A model generated the notes under the pieces. That model was given only the letters and a program-made list of their open reading frames with translations. It had not been told where the DNA came from and made no database searches. Positions 8,277 through 17,514 of a stretch of DNA of 64,000 nucleotides are shown here, piece after piece (positions within the stretch are counted from its first letter, which is position 1; every line of letters starts with the position of its first letter). Source of the stretch: Candidatus Bathyarchaeales archaeon (GTDB lineage: Archaea; Thermoproteota; Bathyarchaeia; Bathyarchaeales; Bathycorpusculaceae); NCBI GenBank assembly GCA_049717905.1, contig JBNASL010000001.1:7987-71986 (forward strand), in the 5' to 3' direction. Position numbers and translations under genes: made by a program.

Positions 8277-10754
8277 CTATTTTGTATTTTCATCCCATTG
8301 AGGCGTCCATTCCCAGTCGCTCTTTGGCCTTCGAATTGGACGCCCTAGAGCCCTTTCATGTTGCTCAGCTAGTTTTTCAAGGATTATCTTTTGTTCTATG
8401 CTTGCGACAAGGTTTTTGGTGGCTACAACAGCGTCGGCGTTAACTGAAATGCTGTCTATTCCGGCTCTTACAAGGAACTCTGTGAAGTCTGGAAGGTTGG
8501 ATGGGCCTTCTCCACATATAGAAACTGTGCACTCGTTTTCATGGGCTACTCTTATTAGATGGGCGATTATTCGCTTCACTGCAGGGTCTCTTTCATCAAA
8601 ATATCCCATTTGCCCAAGGCGTTCTGAATCCCTGTCAATCATAAGTATCCCCTGAGTCATGTCGTTTGAGCCTATGGAAAATCCGTCGCAGAGCTTTGAG
8701 AATTCATCAGCAAGTATAGCTATGGAAGGCGTTTCAGCCATAAACCAAACTTGAAAGTCCTTAGTCCTTTCTAGACCTTCCTCCTTCATTAACTCTAAAC
8801 ACTTTTTGGCTTCCCAGACTGTGCGAACCACTGGAAGCATAACCCAAACATTTTTGAGCCCCCACTCTTCACGGCATTTTTTGATGGCTTGACATTCGAG
8901 GCGGAAGGCCTTCTCATACCATGGGCTTATGTAGCGGCTGCAACCTCTCCAGCCAAGCATAGGGTTAGCCTCAACAATTTCATATTTGTCTCCGCCTTTC
9001 AACTCGCGGTACTCGTTGGTCTTGAAGTCGCTGAAGCGCACAACAACTGGACGAGGCTGTATAGCCCTGGCAACTGTTGCTATGCCCTCAGCAAGTTTAT
9101 CCACAAACTTTTGGCCCTGCCCAGTTTCCACAAGATAAAGGGGATGCTCACCTATGTAGCTGGCTAAAATGAATTCTATGCGCATTAGCCCTATTCCTTC
9201 GAAGGGTAAATCCTTATACTCCTCAACCTTTTCTGGGACACCCAAGTTCATGTAGATTTTTGTGGCAGTGACTGGAACTGCCTTGAAGATGCCTCCTGCA
9301 ACAGTTGCTGAGGAAAAGCTGATTCCAGGTGAAACTGGTTGTTCGGTTATTGTTGTCATAACACCTTCGTAAACAACGCCGTTTCGCGCATCAACGGTGT
9401 ATTCTTTACCGCTAGCCATGAGCTTTGTTGCATTTTCGGTTCCAACAACACATGGGATGCCAAGTTCACGGCTGACTATAGCCGCGTGACATGTAACGCC
9501 ACCCTTATCGGTTACAATTGCACCTGCCATCTTCATGAAAGGCACATAGTCGGGGTTGGTCATCTCAGCAACTAAGATGTCGCCTTTCCGCATAACTTTA
9601 GCAGCTTCTTCTGGATTTAGAACAACTTTTGCAACGCCGGCGCCTATTCCCCTCTTGCCAGCAGCTATTCCCTTAACAACAACCTTTAACTCTTCTGCAG
9701 GTCTCGCCAAATCCACCTCAGTCCTCTTTTCAAGAGCCTTCTCCACTTTCATGCTCCAAACCGTTTCAGGTCTGGACTGCACTATGAAAATGTTCTCTGG
9801 AAACTTTAAGTCGCTGTCAATAGCCCATTCAATGTCTTGAGCCGTCCCATAGTGTTGCTCTATCTTTTTGGCTAGTTCTGCAAGCTTAATGACTTCTTCA
9901 TCGCTTAAGCATGGTTGATTCTGTTTTTCAGCGGGCACTTCCAAGTGTACTGTCTTGCCTGTCTCTGGGTCGCGGGCATACTGCACCTTTTTAGTAGCTA
10001 TACGCCTATCAACTATTTTCATGGTTTGCTTGTCTACGATAAACTCGTCTGGTGTAACCGAGCCTGAAACAACCGCCTCGCCTAAACCAAAGTTGCCTTC
10101 AATAACTATCTGATCGGGGTCGCCGGTTACAGGATTTATGCTGAACATTACGCCCGCAGCCTTGGCGTTAACCATTTTCTGAACCCCAACGCTTATGAGG
10201 ACCTTTTCATGAGCGAAACCCTTTTGAGTACGGTAGAAGATGGCGCGGGGAGTGAAAAGGCTTGACCAGCATTTAACAGTTTTTTCAATAAGCTCTTCTT
10301 CCCCCTTAACATTCAAGTAAGTTTCCTGTTGCCCGGCAAAGGATGCGTCAGGCAGGTCCTCTGCAGTGGCACTTGACCTAACAGCGACAAAAACTTCATC
10401 TAAATCCAGTTTCCGACAAAGCTCCCGATACGCCAACTTTATGGCTTTTTCCACATATCTAGGCGCTGGCGTAGATTCTATTAATGCGCGAATTTTTTTA
10501 GAAGCTTCCTCATACTGTTTTGGATCACTCGGGTCTGTAACGGTTTCCTCAATAGTTTTGTATATTTTTTCAGCTATACCCGTTTCTCCAATGAATTTTT
10601 TATAGGCGTAGGCTGTTATGGCAAAGCCGTGGGGGACAGGAATCCCCGCATTTAGCATTTCGCCTAAATTAGCGTTTTTACCCCCAACAATTGGAATATC
10701 GTTTCTCCTAAGGTTTTCAAACCAGATTACCAGATCCTCTTTCATTTTCGTCAC
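8277..10754 (-). CDS. ppsA: Phosphoenolpyruvate synthase
   Basis: 825 aa. Has an N-terminal ATP-grasp part (VGGKNANLGEM), the phospho-histidine swivel motif (GGVTCHAAIVSRELGIPCVVG) and a C-terminal PEP-utilising domain. GTG at 10754 or ATG at 10745. Confidence 0.95.
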   Translation of the reverse strand: MTKMKEDLVIWFENLRRNDIPIVGGKNANLGEMLNAGIPVPHGFAITAYAYKKFIGETGIAEKIYKTIEETVTDPSDPKQYEEASKKIRALIESTPAPRYVEKAIKLAYRELCRKLDLDEVFVAVRSSATAEDLPDASFAGQQETYLNVKGEEELIEKTVKCWSSLFTPRAIFYRTQKGFAHEKVLISVGVQKMVNAKAAGVMFSINPVTGDPDQIVIEGNFGLGEAVVSGSVTPDEFIVDKQTMKIVDRRIATKKVQYARDPETGKTVHLEVPAEKQNQPCLSDEEVIKLAELAKKIEQHYGTAQDIEWAIDSDLKFPENIFIVQSRPETVWSMKVEKALEKRTEVDLARPAEELKVVVKGIAAGKRGIGAGVAKVVLNPEEAAKVMRKGDILVAEMTNPDYVPFMKMAGAIVTDKGGVTCHAAIVSRELGIPCVVGTENATKLMASGKEYTVDARNGVVYEGVMTTITEQPVSPGISFSSATVAGGIFKAVPVTATKIYMNLGVPEKVEEYKDLPFEGIGLMRIEFILASYIGEHPLYLVETGQGQKFVDKLAEGIATVARAIQPRPVVVRFSDFKTNEYRELKGGDKYEIVEANPMLGWRGCSRYISPWYEKAFRLECQAIKKCREEWGLKNVWVMLPVVRTVWEAKKCLELMKEEGLERTKDFQVWFMAETPSIAILADEFSKLCDGFSIGSNDMTQGILMIDRDSERLGQMGYFDERDPAVKRIIAHLIRVAHENECTVSICGEGPSNLPDFTEFLVRAGIDSISVNADAVVATKNLVASIEQKIILEKLAEQHERALGRPIRRPKSDWEWTPQWDENTK

Positions 10755-11269
10755 TTCGTTTCAGCCTCCTCCAACCTCACCTTCTCAACAACTATTCTAC
10801 ATGGTATCGGAAGTTTTGCGCTTCCCCTCTTTAGAGCATCCTTAGCCACTTCAACGCCGTCCGTGTTTACTTTAACAGTGATTATTGTTTGGTTTGGCAG
10901 TACGCGCGCTGCTGTCCCGATAGGCTTTCCAAAAGCTCTGCGCATACCGTCTTGAAGGCGGTCAGCATGCGCCCCAAAAATCATTTTGTTTTCTCTAAGG
11001 ATAACATGGGGGTATGGATGAACTTGTAAAAGATAATTGTTTGAGAGCCTTTCCATTAAAAGACGGTTTGTAGCCACTCTTGCTGCTTCCAGAGCATTAT
11101 GCCTAATTTGAGCTTTTTCTAGGGCCATAAGCCTAACTTCGTATTCAAATTTGGCGTTGGGGTCTCCCATAGTGAATTTTGTTATTTTAGGCTGAGGGAA
11201 ACCCTTAACAAACTCTCTTCTGGTATATGGCTGTCCCTTAACCGCTCGATAGTTACGTGCACGCATCAA
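10751..11269 (-). CDS. rpl10e: 50S ribosomal protein L10e (uL16)
   Basis: 172 aa. MMRARNYRAVKGQPYTRREFVKGFPQPKITKF is a typical L10e N-terminus. Confidence 0.95.
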   Translation of the reverse strand: MMRARNYRAVKGQPYTRREFVKGFPQPKITKFTMGDPNAKFEYEVRLMALEKAQIRHNALEAARVATNRLLMERLSNNYLLQVHPYPHVILRENKMIFGAHADRLQDGMRRAFGKPIGTAARVLPNQTIITVKVNTDGVEVAKDALKRGSAKLPIPCRIVVEKVRLEEAETK

Positions 11270-11379
11270 ACATCCCTTTCAAATATCCTATAAACAAATT
11301 ATTTAAACATTTGTTGAAAAACCAAACTTCACAAATATTTGAGGTTCATATTTTCAGTTTGAGGAATAGGGATGCTTAG

Positions 11380-11901
11380 TCACAGGGGCATTCGCTTATT
11401 TTTGAACCATACCTTTGCAAGTTCATCGTAGTTTGGGAAAACTTTTTTCAAAATTGGAATATACATGTGCACTTCCTCGTCTGTTAGATACTGAAACTGG
11501 TATTCCCCCATGTACGGCGATGGTTCGCCTTCTCTCGTTATGAATTCTATGTGCATGAAGGGGTCTCCACGTTTAATTGTTATGGGACAGCGGTCGTTGC
11601 TTAAATTCACAATTTCAAGGGCAAGTCTCCCGATGAAGCCGCTGTGAACTTTTGCCGCGTTCAAGAAGGATAATCCCATTCTTCCATACTTGCTTTTGGC
11701 TGTTAGATGCGCAACATAGTTTGGCGGTGTGAAAACTATTTCGTAGGATATGATGTTTTTATGTTCCAGATAATGCAGTGTTGTCTCATCTTTAACTGTT
11801 AAGATATAACCGTCTCCATCAAGCAAATTATAGTCGTAGGGGTATAGGCACTTATAATTCTCTATAAGCTCCTTCAACTTATCTTTCCCAATTATACACA
11901 T
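11380..11901 (-). CDS. dCTP deaminase / dUTPase-superfamily protein
   Basis: 173 aa. The core block GFIGRLALEIVNLSNDRCPITIKRGDPFMHIEF resembles the Dcd/Dut beta-barrel core. Confidence 0.6.
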   Translation of the reverse strand: MCIIGKDKLKELIENYKCLYPYDYNLLDGDGYILTVKDETTLHYLEHKNIISYEIVFTPPNYVAHLTAKSKYGRMGLSFLNAAKVHSGFIGRLALEIVNLSNDRCPITIKRGDPFMHIEFITREGEPSPYMGEYQFQYLTDEEVHMYIPILKKVFPNYDELAKVWFKNKRMPL

Positions 11902-11988
11902 GGCAAGTGCGCCTCAAAGCTTTTCTAGCAATAGTAAAGCCCTCAAGTTATATATTTTTCCGAAAATAAATGCGCAATTCAAACTTGC

Positions 11989-12615
11989 CTAAAGGTTAGC
12001 TTGGATAAGCATTATTGTCTCGAAAAGGGGAAGGTCAAGCTTTGCAATAATTTTCACCTTAAACCCATTTTGAGAGAAAGTTTCCAAGGTTTTATTAACA
12101 TCGGCTAGGGTGGACTGCATTAAGAGGATTTGCCCACCGCTTTTCAAGTGTTTAGACACTTCGCATATGAAATGGTCAATAACTGCTCTTCCATCAGGTC
12201 CTCCACACCATGCCCGTCCAAGCCATGTTTCGCTTTCACAGGGTTCAGAAGGCAGATAAGGAGCATTAAACATGATTAGGTCAAATTTCTGCGTGGGTTT
12301 TATTGGCGTGAACAAGTCGCCTTGAACGAAAAACATTTTGTCTGCAACATGATTTAGCTTGGCGTTCTCTTTCGCACAGCACACCGCATATGGGTTTATA
12401 TCAACAGCCAAAACCATAGAAGCTTTTTCTGCAGCGACTATGCCCAGAATTCCGCACCCGGCGCCCATATCAAGAACGCTTTCGCCTTCTTTCACTGTTA
12501 GATTTTCGGCAAACATGAAAGAGTCTTCAGCTGGTTCATAGACGCTGTCCCAAACATAGAAAGTGTAATCTTTGAAAAACACTTTTTTAGCTGGCGAGTG
12601 CATTTGCCAGTTCAC
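11989..12615 (-). CDS. HemK/Mtq2-type SAM-dependent (N5-glutamine) methyltransferase
   Basis: 208 aa. Has the SAM motif VLDMGAGCGILG and the NPPY-like motif FNAPYLP. Sits in the conserved neighbourhood with KsgA. Confidence 0.75.
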   Translation of the reverse strand: MNWQMHSPAKKVFFKDYTFYVWDSVYEPAEDSFMFAENLTVKEGESVLDMGAGCGILGIVAAEKASMVLAVDINPYAVCCAKENAKLNHVADKMFFVQGDLFTPIKPTQKFDLIMFNAPYLPSEPCESETWLGRAWCGGPDGRAVIDHFICEVSKHLKSGGQILLMQSTLADVNKTLETFSQNGFKVKIIAKLDLPLFETIMLIQANL

Positions 12616-13402
12616 CGAAGTCTTCAGGTGCTAACTCTCTAACGCGTCTATTGTGAAATGGGAGAGAATCGGCAACTCTAGCAGCATCTTCTACGGATGC
12701 ATAACGCCTCCTTATGAATGATTGAATGGCGTTTCTAACTTTTCTATTGCGCTGTGTGAAAAGCGTCTGCACAAGGCGCTCAAACAATGCATAGTTTTTC
12801 ACATGGAAAGGCGGCGAAGTAGGTGTTAAACGCAAAATTATGGAGTCAACTTCGGGCGGGGGATAAAACATCCATTTGGGCACTTCGTCGAAAAGTTCAA
12901 CTTCAAAGTGGTAATACGCCAAGACTGTTAACCACCCATAATCTTCGCTTCCAACAGATGCCACAAGGCGGTTTGCAAACTCCTTCTGAAAGACCAAAAC
13001 TGCGCAGGCAAAGTTCTTGTTGAAAAGCCACTTGAGCAAAGCAGAAGAGATGTTGTAGGGCGGTATAGAAACAATCTTAGTAAATTGAGGTATATGCGCT
13101 TTAAACAAGTTGCCCCCAAAAACTTCCACATTGGGCAAGTTTCTGAGGTTTTCCCGCAAAACCTTCACGAGTTTTGAATCAAGCTCAACAGCCAAAACTT
13201 TTCCACACTTTTCAGCGAGGAAACGGGTCAAAAATCCAAAGCCAGCGCCAATATCTAGTACAACATCGTCAATGACAAGTGAGGCACGTTCAGCCAAAAG
13301 TTGAAAAATTAACGGCTCAATCATAAAATGTTGCCCCAAACTTTTCTTCGGAAAAATTCGGTGCCTTCGAAGGAGATGCTTCGTTTCTTCAAGCAAGCTC
13401 AT
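12587..13402 (-). CDS. ksgA: 16S rRNA (adenine-N6,N6)-dimethyltransferase KsgA/Dim1
   Basis: 271 aa. Contains KKSLGQHFM, VLDIGAGFGFLT and SIPPYNISS motifs. Confidence 0.9.
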   Translation of the reverse strand: MSLLEETKHLLRRHRIFPKKSLGQHFMIEPLIFQLLAERASLVIDDVVLDIGAGFGFLTRFLAEKCGKVLAVELDSKLVKVLRENLRNLPNVEVFGGNLFKAHIPQFTKIVSIPPYNISSALLKWLFNKNFACAVLVFQKEFANRLVASVGSEDYGWLTVLAYYHFEVELFDEVPKWMFYPPPEVDSIILRLTPTSPPFHVKNYALFERLVQTLFTQRNRKVRNAIQSFIRRRYASVEDAARVADSLPFHNRRVRELAPEDFGELANALAS

Positions 13403-13424
13403 AAAATTTTTAACCAGCCAGCTT

Positions 13425-13991
13425 TCAGCGTGCCCTAGTGAACAGCCGATATTTGCTTTCGCCAGCCAACTCCTCCAGAACCCTTTTTGTAATTAGCTTT
13501 ACGGGGTTAGGCACTTCGGTGCGTTTCTGCAAATCCTCAAAACTTTCAAAAGGCTTCTTTTCACGTTCGTTGATGACTTGCCACATGTACTTTTTACCTA
13601 TGCCGGGAATCAGTTCAAGAGCGTGCATCCTCGGGGTTATGGCTTGTGCGGTATTGAAGAAGTTGACAAACCATTTTTCACGGTTGAGCACTATGCGGCT
13701 GATAACTGCTGGAAGCTCCATCTTCGCGGCTGCGGTCAACTCATCGTAGCCTACCCGTCCAATGATGTAGGTTATTTCTTCACGGGCTTCCTTTCCAACG
13801 TAAACGCGGTCATGAGGCTTAAGGGTAACACCTTCCTTAACCAAAGCCTCAAGAAGTGTAAAGAATTCCTCGCCTACAAGCTGGACAAGGGCTCCCGCTC
13901 TGTAACCAGCCCTTCCCATGACACGAACTCCTGGACGCCCATGGGGAAGGAAATCTAGGACATAGGCATACTCTTCGTACCGCTTTTCCAT
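13425..13991 (-). CDS. DUF655 putative RNA-binding protein
   Basis: 188 aa. Has YAYVLDFLPHGRPG at the N-terminus and an HhH-like C-terminus. This family is a conserved archaeal neighbour of KsgA, RpoF and L21e. Confidence 0.75.
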   Translation of the reverse strand: MEKRYEEYAYVLDFLPHGRPGVRVMGRAGYRAGALVQLVGEEFFTLLEALVKEGVTLKPHDRVYVGKEAREEITYIIGRVGYDELTAAAKMELPAVISRIVLNREKWFVNFFNTAQAITPRMHALELIPGIGKKYMWQVINEREKKPFESFEDLQKRTEVPNPVKLITKRVLEELAGESKYRLFTRAR

Positions 13992-14045
13992 CGTATTCGC
14001 CTTTTTACACGCGCTTACTTTTAAAAATAGAAGAAGATGGAAGTG

Positions 14046-14393
14046 CTATTTCAATCTATGTTCGTTTAAAAGTTTAACTATGTCTTCCAACTTTGAAGAC
14101 TCGATAATTTTGCGTCCTCCGCCAAGAAAAACTCTAAGCTCTTCCACGCTGCTAGGCATACAATTAACAATTTGAACAGCTTCAGCTTCTTCTAATCCAA
14201 ACTCTCCAACAAGCTTCTCCGCAAGTTTTTCAGCAGTTTCAGCGTCACATTTAGAAAACTTAGAGGCATAATCCAGCGTGCGCCTCTGGAACTGGTCTAA
14301 ATTTTCTTCACCCAGTTCTTCCAGTAACTTTTTAACCTGAGGAACTGTTAGATTTTTTTCTTTAACCTTCTCAGTTTCAGGCTTTTCCAACAT
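14046..14393 (-). CDS. rpoF: DNA-directed RNA polymerase subunit F (Rpo4)
   Basis: 115 aa. The acidic helical protein lies immediately downstream of L21e, the conserved position. Contains ...FQRRTLDYASKFSK...VQIVNCMPSSVEELRVFL. Confidence 0.8.
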   Translation of the reverse strand: MLEKPETEKVKEKNLTVPQVKKLLEELGEENLDQFQRRTLDYASKFSKCDAETAEKLAEKLVGEFGLEEAEAVQIVNCMPSSVEELRVFLGGGRKIIESSKLEDIVKLLNEHRLK

Positions 14394-14394
14394 T

Positions 14395-14691
14395 TTAACC
14401 TCTTTTATAGGGTTCTAAATGTTCAGGTCTAACAATAATTTCTTTAACAGCGTTTCCTTGGGTGACGCTTACAATGTAGCTTCTTCCCCGTTTCCCAACT
14501 ATCGTGCCTACTCTGCCGTGGTAACGTCTATGGGGCATTCCTTTTTGAACGCTTGGGTCTATTTTTACGGTTACACTGTTTCCAGTTTGATACTCATGCA
14601 ACAATTTGCTTAGCTGTAATTTGCCCCTTTCTCTAGGCTTCTTTCTCAGTAGACGTCGCGTTTTTGCACGGTATCCTTTTGACTTCCTCAT
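14395..14691 (-). CDS. rpl21e: 50S ribosomal protein L21e
   Basis: 98 aa. Contains MRKSKGYRAKTRRLLRKKPRERG...MPHRRYHGRVGTIVGKRG. Confidence 0.95.
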   Translation of the reverse strand: MRKSKGYRAKTRRLLRKKPRERGKLQLSKLLHEYQTGNSVTVKIDPSVQKGMPHRRYHGRVGTIVGKRGRSYIVSVTQGNAVKEIIVRPEHLEPYKRG

Positions 14692-14703
14692 TTTTCCACC
14701 TTC

Positions 14704-16038
14704 CTAATCCTTCATAATCACGTTTAAAACGTCGAGTTTTATAAGCTTCGCTTTGCAGTTGAGAATTTCTGAGACGCTTGGAGTGGTTCTTCCATCATCA
14801 CCAGTCACCAATTCTTTTACATATAGTCCTCCTTGGCAGCGTATTTTCATTTCAGCCCTTTTCGGCGACAATCTTCTTACTTTAACCTCGTATATGTGCT
14901 TTTCTCGTGTTAGGTCTGTACGTCTATGCAAAACACGGGTAGGTGTCCGTTGTCTAACAAGGGTGTTCGTCAGTTTTTCCTCTAATAGGCTTATGTCCGC
15001 GTCTGTAAACTCTTTTTCGAATTCTACGATGACGCGGTATTCCTTCTGAGCTGACTCTGCCTTCTTTAACCTTCTAACAAAATCCTTATCAACAAAGCGC
15101 AGACTTGAAACTTCAACCTTGCCTACTGCACTAGCATTTACATTTTCCTCGAGCTTTTTAAGGTCTAGAAACCGTTTTTTAGGCTGGGAAATTTCTATTA
15201 CGAAGGGTCTGCCCTTTCCAAGCATGCGGGCATCTATGTCTTCTCGCCCGGAAGCGTGAAAAAAGGTTTTTACGCCTTCTGTAGCTTTCAAAAAAGGTTC
15301 GCTGATTATTTCTTCTACTGATTCTGGATACATTTTTCCAGTCCAATTACATTTTTCGCAGCCTTTACCGCGGCAGCTGGAACAGAACCATTTAGACTGG
15401 GGTATGCCCCTTACAAGTTTCTTGTAACGTCCAGCTATGTAAAGTGGATTGATTTGAACCCGTATTTCTTCAGTCACTGGATTGATGATTATGACAACTT
15501 CGGGCTTTTGGTATTCTACGGTTTTGCCGCTGTAAAGGGAGATTTTCTTCCCAAGCAATTTTCCAAATTCGATTCTAAGGTTTTCACCATATTCAACTTC
15601 AAATTTGGCTTTAAATTCGTCTTCGCGCTCCTCAACCTCAACGGGCAGTTCTACGCCCACCAAAAAGTTGTGATACTCATAGTCCAGAAGCTTCTCTAAA
15701 GCCTTTTTTGCCAGTTCATCCACAAGGGCGAACTTGTTTCCGCATAGAAAACAAGTTTTTTGCAGATTTTTCCGCTGAACCCGCTTCTTCATTCTGCAGA
15801 GAATTTCTTCTGCATTTTTGGAAAAACCGTTTGTTGCAAGAACTTTGAGTATGCGTATTCCTTCCTCTCTTTTTGAATAGGCCAGTGCTTGGGCTTCCAT
15901 GGCTAAAACGGTTTTTATGGCTTTTCCTCTTTCATCGTTTTCCATATCGCGCCCTAAAAAAGCAAATTGCCTTCCCAAACAGTGGTCGCATAGGGGATGC
16001 TTTTCAAGCATTCCTAAGGCTTTTTTAAGAATATCCAT
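14704..16038 (-). CDS. pus10: tRNA pseudouridine(54/55) synthase Pus10
   Basis: 444 aa. Has N-terminal CxxC zinc motifs (CDHCLGRQ, CFLCGNK, CSSCRGKGCEKC), a THUMP-like middle part and a catalytic C-terminal domain (HASGREDIDARMLG). Confidence 0.85.
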   Translation of the reverse strand: MDILKKALGMLEKHPLCDHCLGRQFAFLGRDMENDERGKAIKTVLAMEAQALAYSKREEGIRILKVLATNGFSKNAEEILCRMKKRVQRKNLQKTCFLCGNKFALVDELAKKALEKLLDYEYHNFLVGVELPVEVEEREDEFKAKFEVEYGENLRIEFGKLLGKKISLYSGKTVEYQKPEVVIIINPVTEEIRVQINPLYIAGRYKKLVRGIPQSKWFCSSCRGKGCEKCNWTGKMYPESVEEIISEPFLKATEGVKTFFHASGREDIDARMLGKGRPFVIEISQPKKRFLDLKKLEENVNASAVGKVEVSSLRFVDKDFVRRLKKAESAQKEYRVIVEFEKEFTDADISLLEEKLTNTLVRQRTPTRVLHRRTDLTREKHIYEVKVRRLSPKRAEMKIRCQGGLYVKELVTGDDGRTTPSVSEILNCKAKLIKLDVLNVIMKD

Positions 16039-16064
16039 AGAAACTCCTTTAGTTAGCCATGGGC

Positions 16065-17399
16065 TTAACCTACATCAAGAGGCAAGCCCTTACCGAAAAA
16101 GGGTAGTTTCTTCTTTCTCCGAAGAGTTTTCAGCATTTTGCGCATGAGACTGTACTGCTTCAGAAGCTCTTTAACCTCTTTTTCGCTTGTTCCAGAGCCC
16201 CGTGCCACACGCTTCAGCCTTGAGGCATTAAAAACTTTAGGGTTTTCCCTCTCTTCAGGAGTCATGGACTGAATTATGACACGCCACTTTTCTAAACGGT
16301 CTTCAGCCATGTTAAGCATTTCTTCGGGCACATCGTATGACATGCCTGGAAGCATCTTCAAAATCTTTTGAAACGGCCCCATTTTCCGCATGGCTTCGAA
16401 CTGTTCATACATGTCGGTTAGGGTGAATTTGCCGCTTAGAATGGCTTTCGCCTTTTTCTCAGGAACCTTTATCTCAGCTTCCCGAACCTTCTCAAGTAGG
16501 GTTTCCAAATCGCCCATGCCAAGGAGGCGACCAACAAAGCGAGATGGAACAAAAGGTTCAATGTCCTCAACCTTTTCGCCTGTGCTTATGAACTTTATAG
16601 GCGCACCTGTAGCTGCAACAGCTGACAAGGCGCCTCCGCCCCTTGCTGAACCATCCAGTTTCGTTACAATTATGGATCCCAGAGAAGTAGCCTCATTGAA
16701 GGCTTTAGCTTGCACCAGTGCTTGTTGACCGATGGTTCCGTCAATAACGAGGATAACTTCGTCTGGCCGGATTTTTTCCTCAAGTATTTTCATCTCTTTG
16801 ATGAGTCCCCGTTCTTCTTTGTGTCGGCCAGCCGTATCAACTATTATTATGTCGCGGTCGCTGAAGCGTTTTAGGCCTTCAAGGGCTATTTTAACAGAGT
16901 CTTTGGCTTTTGGATCTCCATAGATGGGAACGTTTATTCTGTTTGCTAATTGTTGAAGCTGGTCGAAGGCACCTGGGCGATAAGTGTCCACGCATACCAG
17001 CGCTGGTTTTAAGCCTCTTTTTTGGAAGTACTTGGCAAGTTTGGCTGCGGCGGTCGTTTTTCCAGAGCCCTGAATGCCCACGAGCATTATTAATTTTCTT
17101 TTACCAAGCTCCACTTTTAGGGGAACGGGTTTTTCGCCTAGAAAACGTGTCAACTCTTCATAAACAACCTTAATCACGTGTTCGCGGCGGGAAACGCCAG
17201 GCGGAACCTTTTCTTTTAGCGCCCTTTCTTCTATGCGCTTAGAAATGTCGAGGACGAGTTGAACGTTTACGTCTGCCTGCAACAAAGCCCGCTGCACGTC
17301 TCGGACGAGCTCTTTAACAGTTGCTTCATCCACAACAGCCGCTCTGAAAATCTTCCTTAAAGCTTCGTGAAGAGATGAACCAAGGCGTTCTAAGGCCAT
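16065..17399 (-). CDS. srp54: Signal recognition particle protein Srp54
   Basis: Has an N domain, a G domain (GIQGSGKTT, DTAGR, TKLD) and a Met-rich M domain. I prefer the ATG at 17399 (MALERLGSSL) over the track start at 17441. Confidence 0.95.
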   Translation of the reverse strand: MALERLGSSLHEALRKIFRAAVVDEATVKELVRDVQRALLQADVNVQLVLDISKRIEERALKEKVPPGVSRREHVIKVVYEELTRFLGEKPVPLKVELGKRKLIMLVGIQGSGKTTAAAKLAKYFQKRGLKPALVCVDTYRPGAFDQLQQLANRINVPIYGDPKAKDSVKIALEGLKRFSDRDIIIVDTAGRHKEERGLIKEMKILEEKIRPDEVILVIDGTIGQQALVQAKAFNEATSLGSIIVTKLDGSARGGGALSAVAATGAPIKFISTGEKVEDIEPFVPSRFVGRLLGMGDLETLLEKVREAEIKVPEKKAKAILSGKFTLTDMYEQFEAMRKMGPFQKILKMLPGMSYDVPEEMLNMAEDRLEKWRVIIQSMTPEERENPKVFNASRLKRVARGSGTSEKEVKELLKQYSLMRKMLKTLRRKKKLPFFGKGLPLDVG

Positions 17400-17514
17400 A
17401 ACCGTCTCCAAACTTAAGAATGTTAACACCCTTAAATACATTTTAACCTTTTAGCAAGATTAGGAAACTTCTTTTACCACAAAAGGCATTACTTGATTGA
17501 GTGACCCTTCAAAG

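Noticed and set aside
17400-17441. N-terminal extensions of track ORFs, shown here for Srp54; the same applies to L3 at 1931-1966 and PolD DP2 at 32842-32853
   Set aside because: Internal ATGs reproduce the canonical family N-termini (MALERL..., MGHRK...). The upstream residues look like read-through of untranslated sequence.
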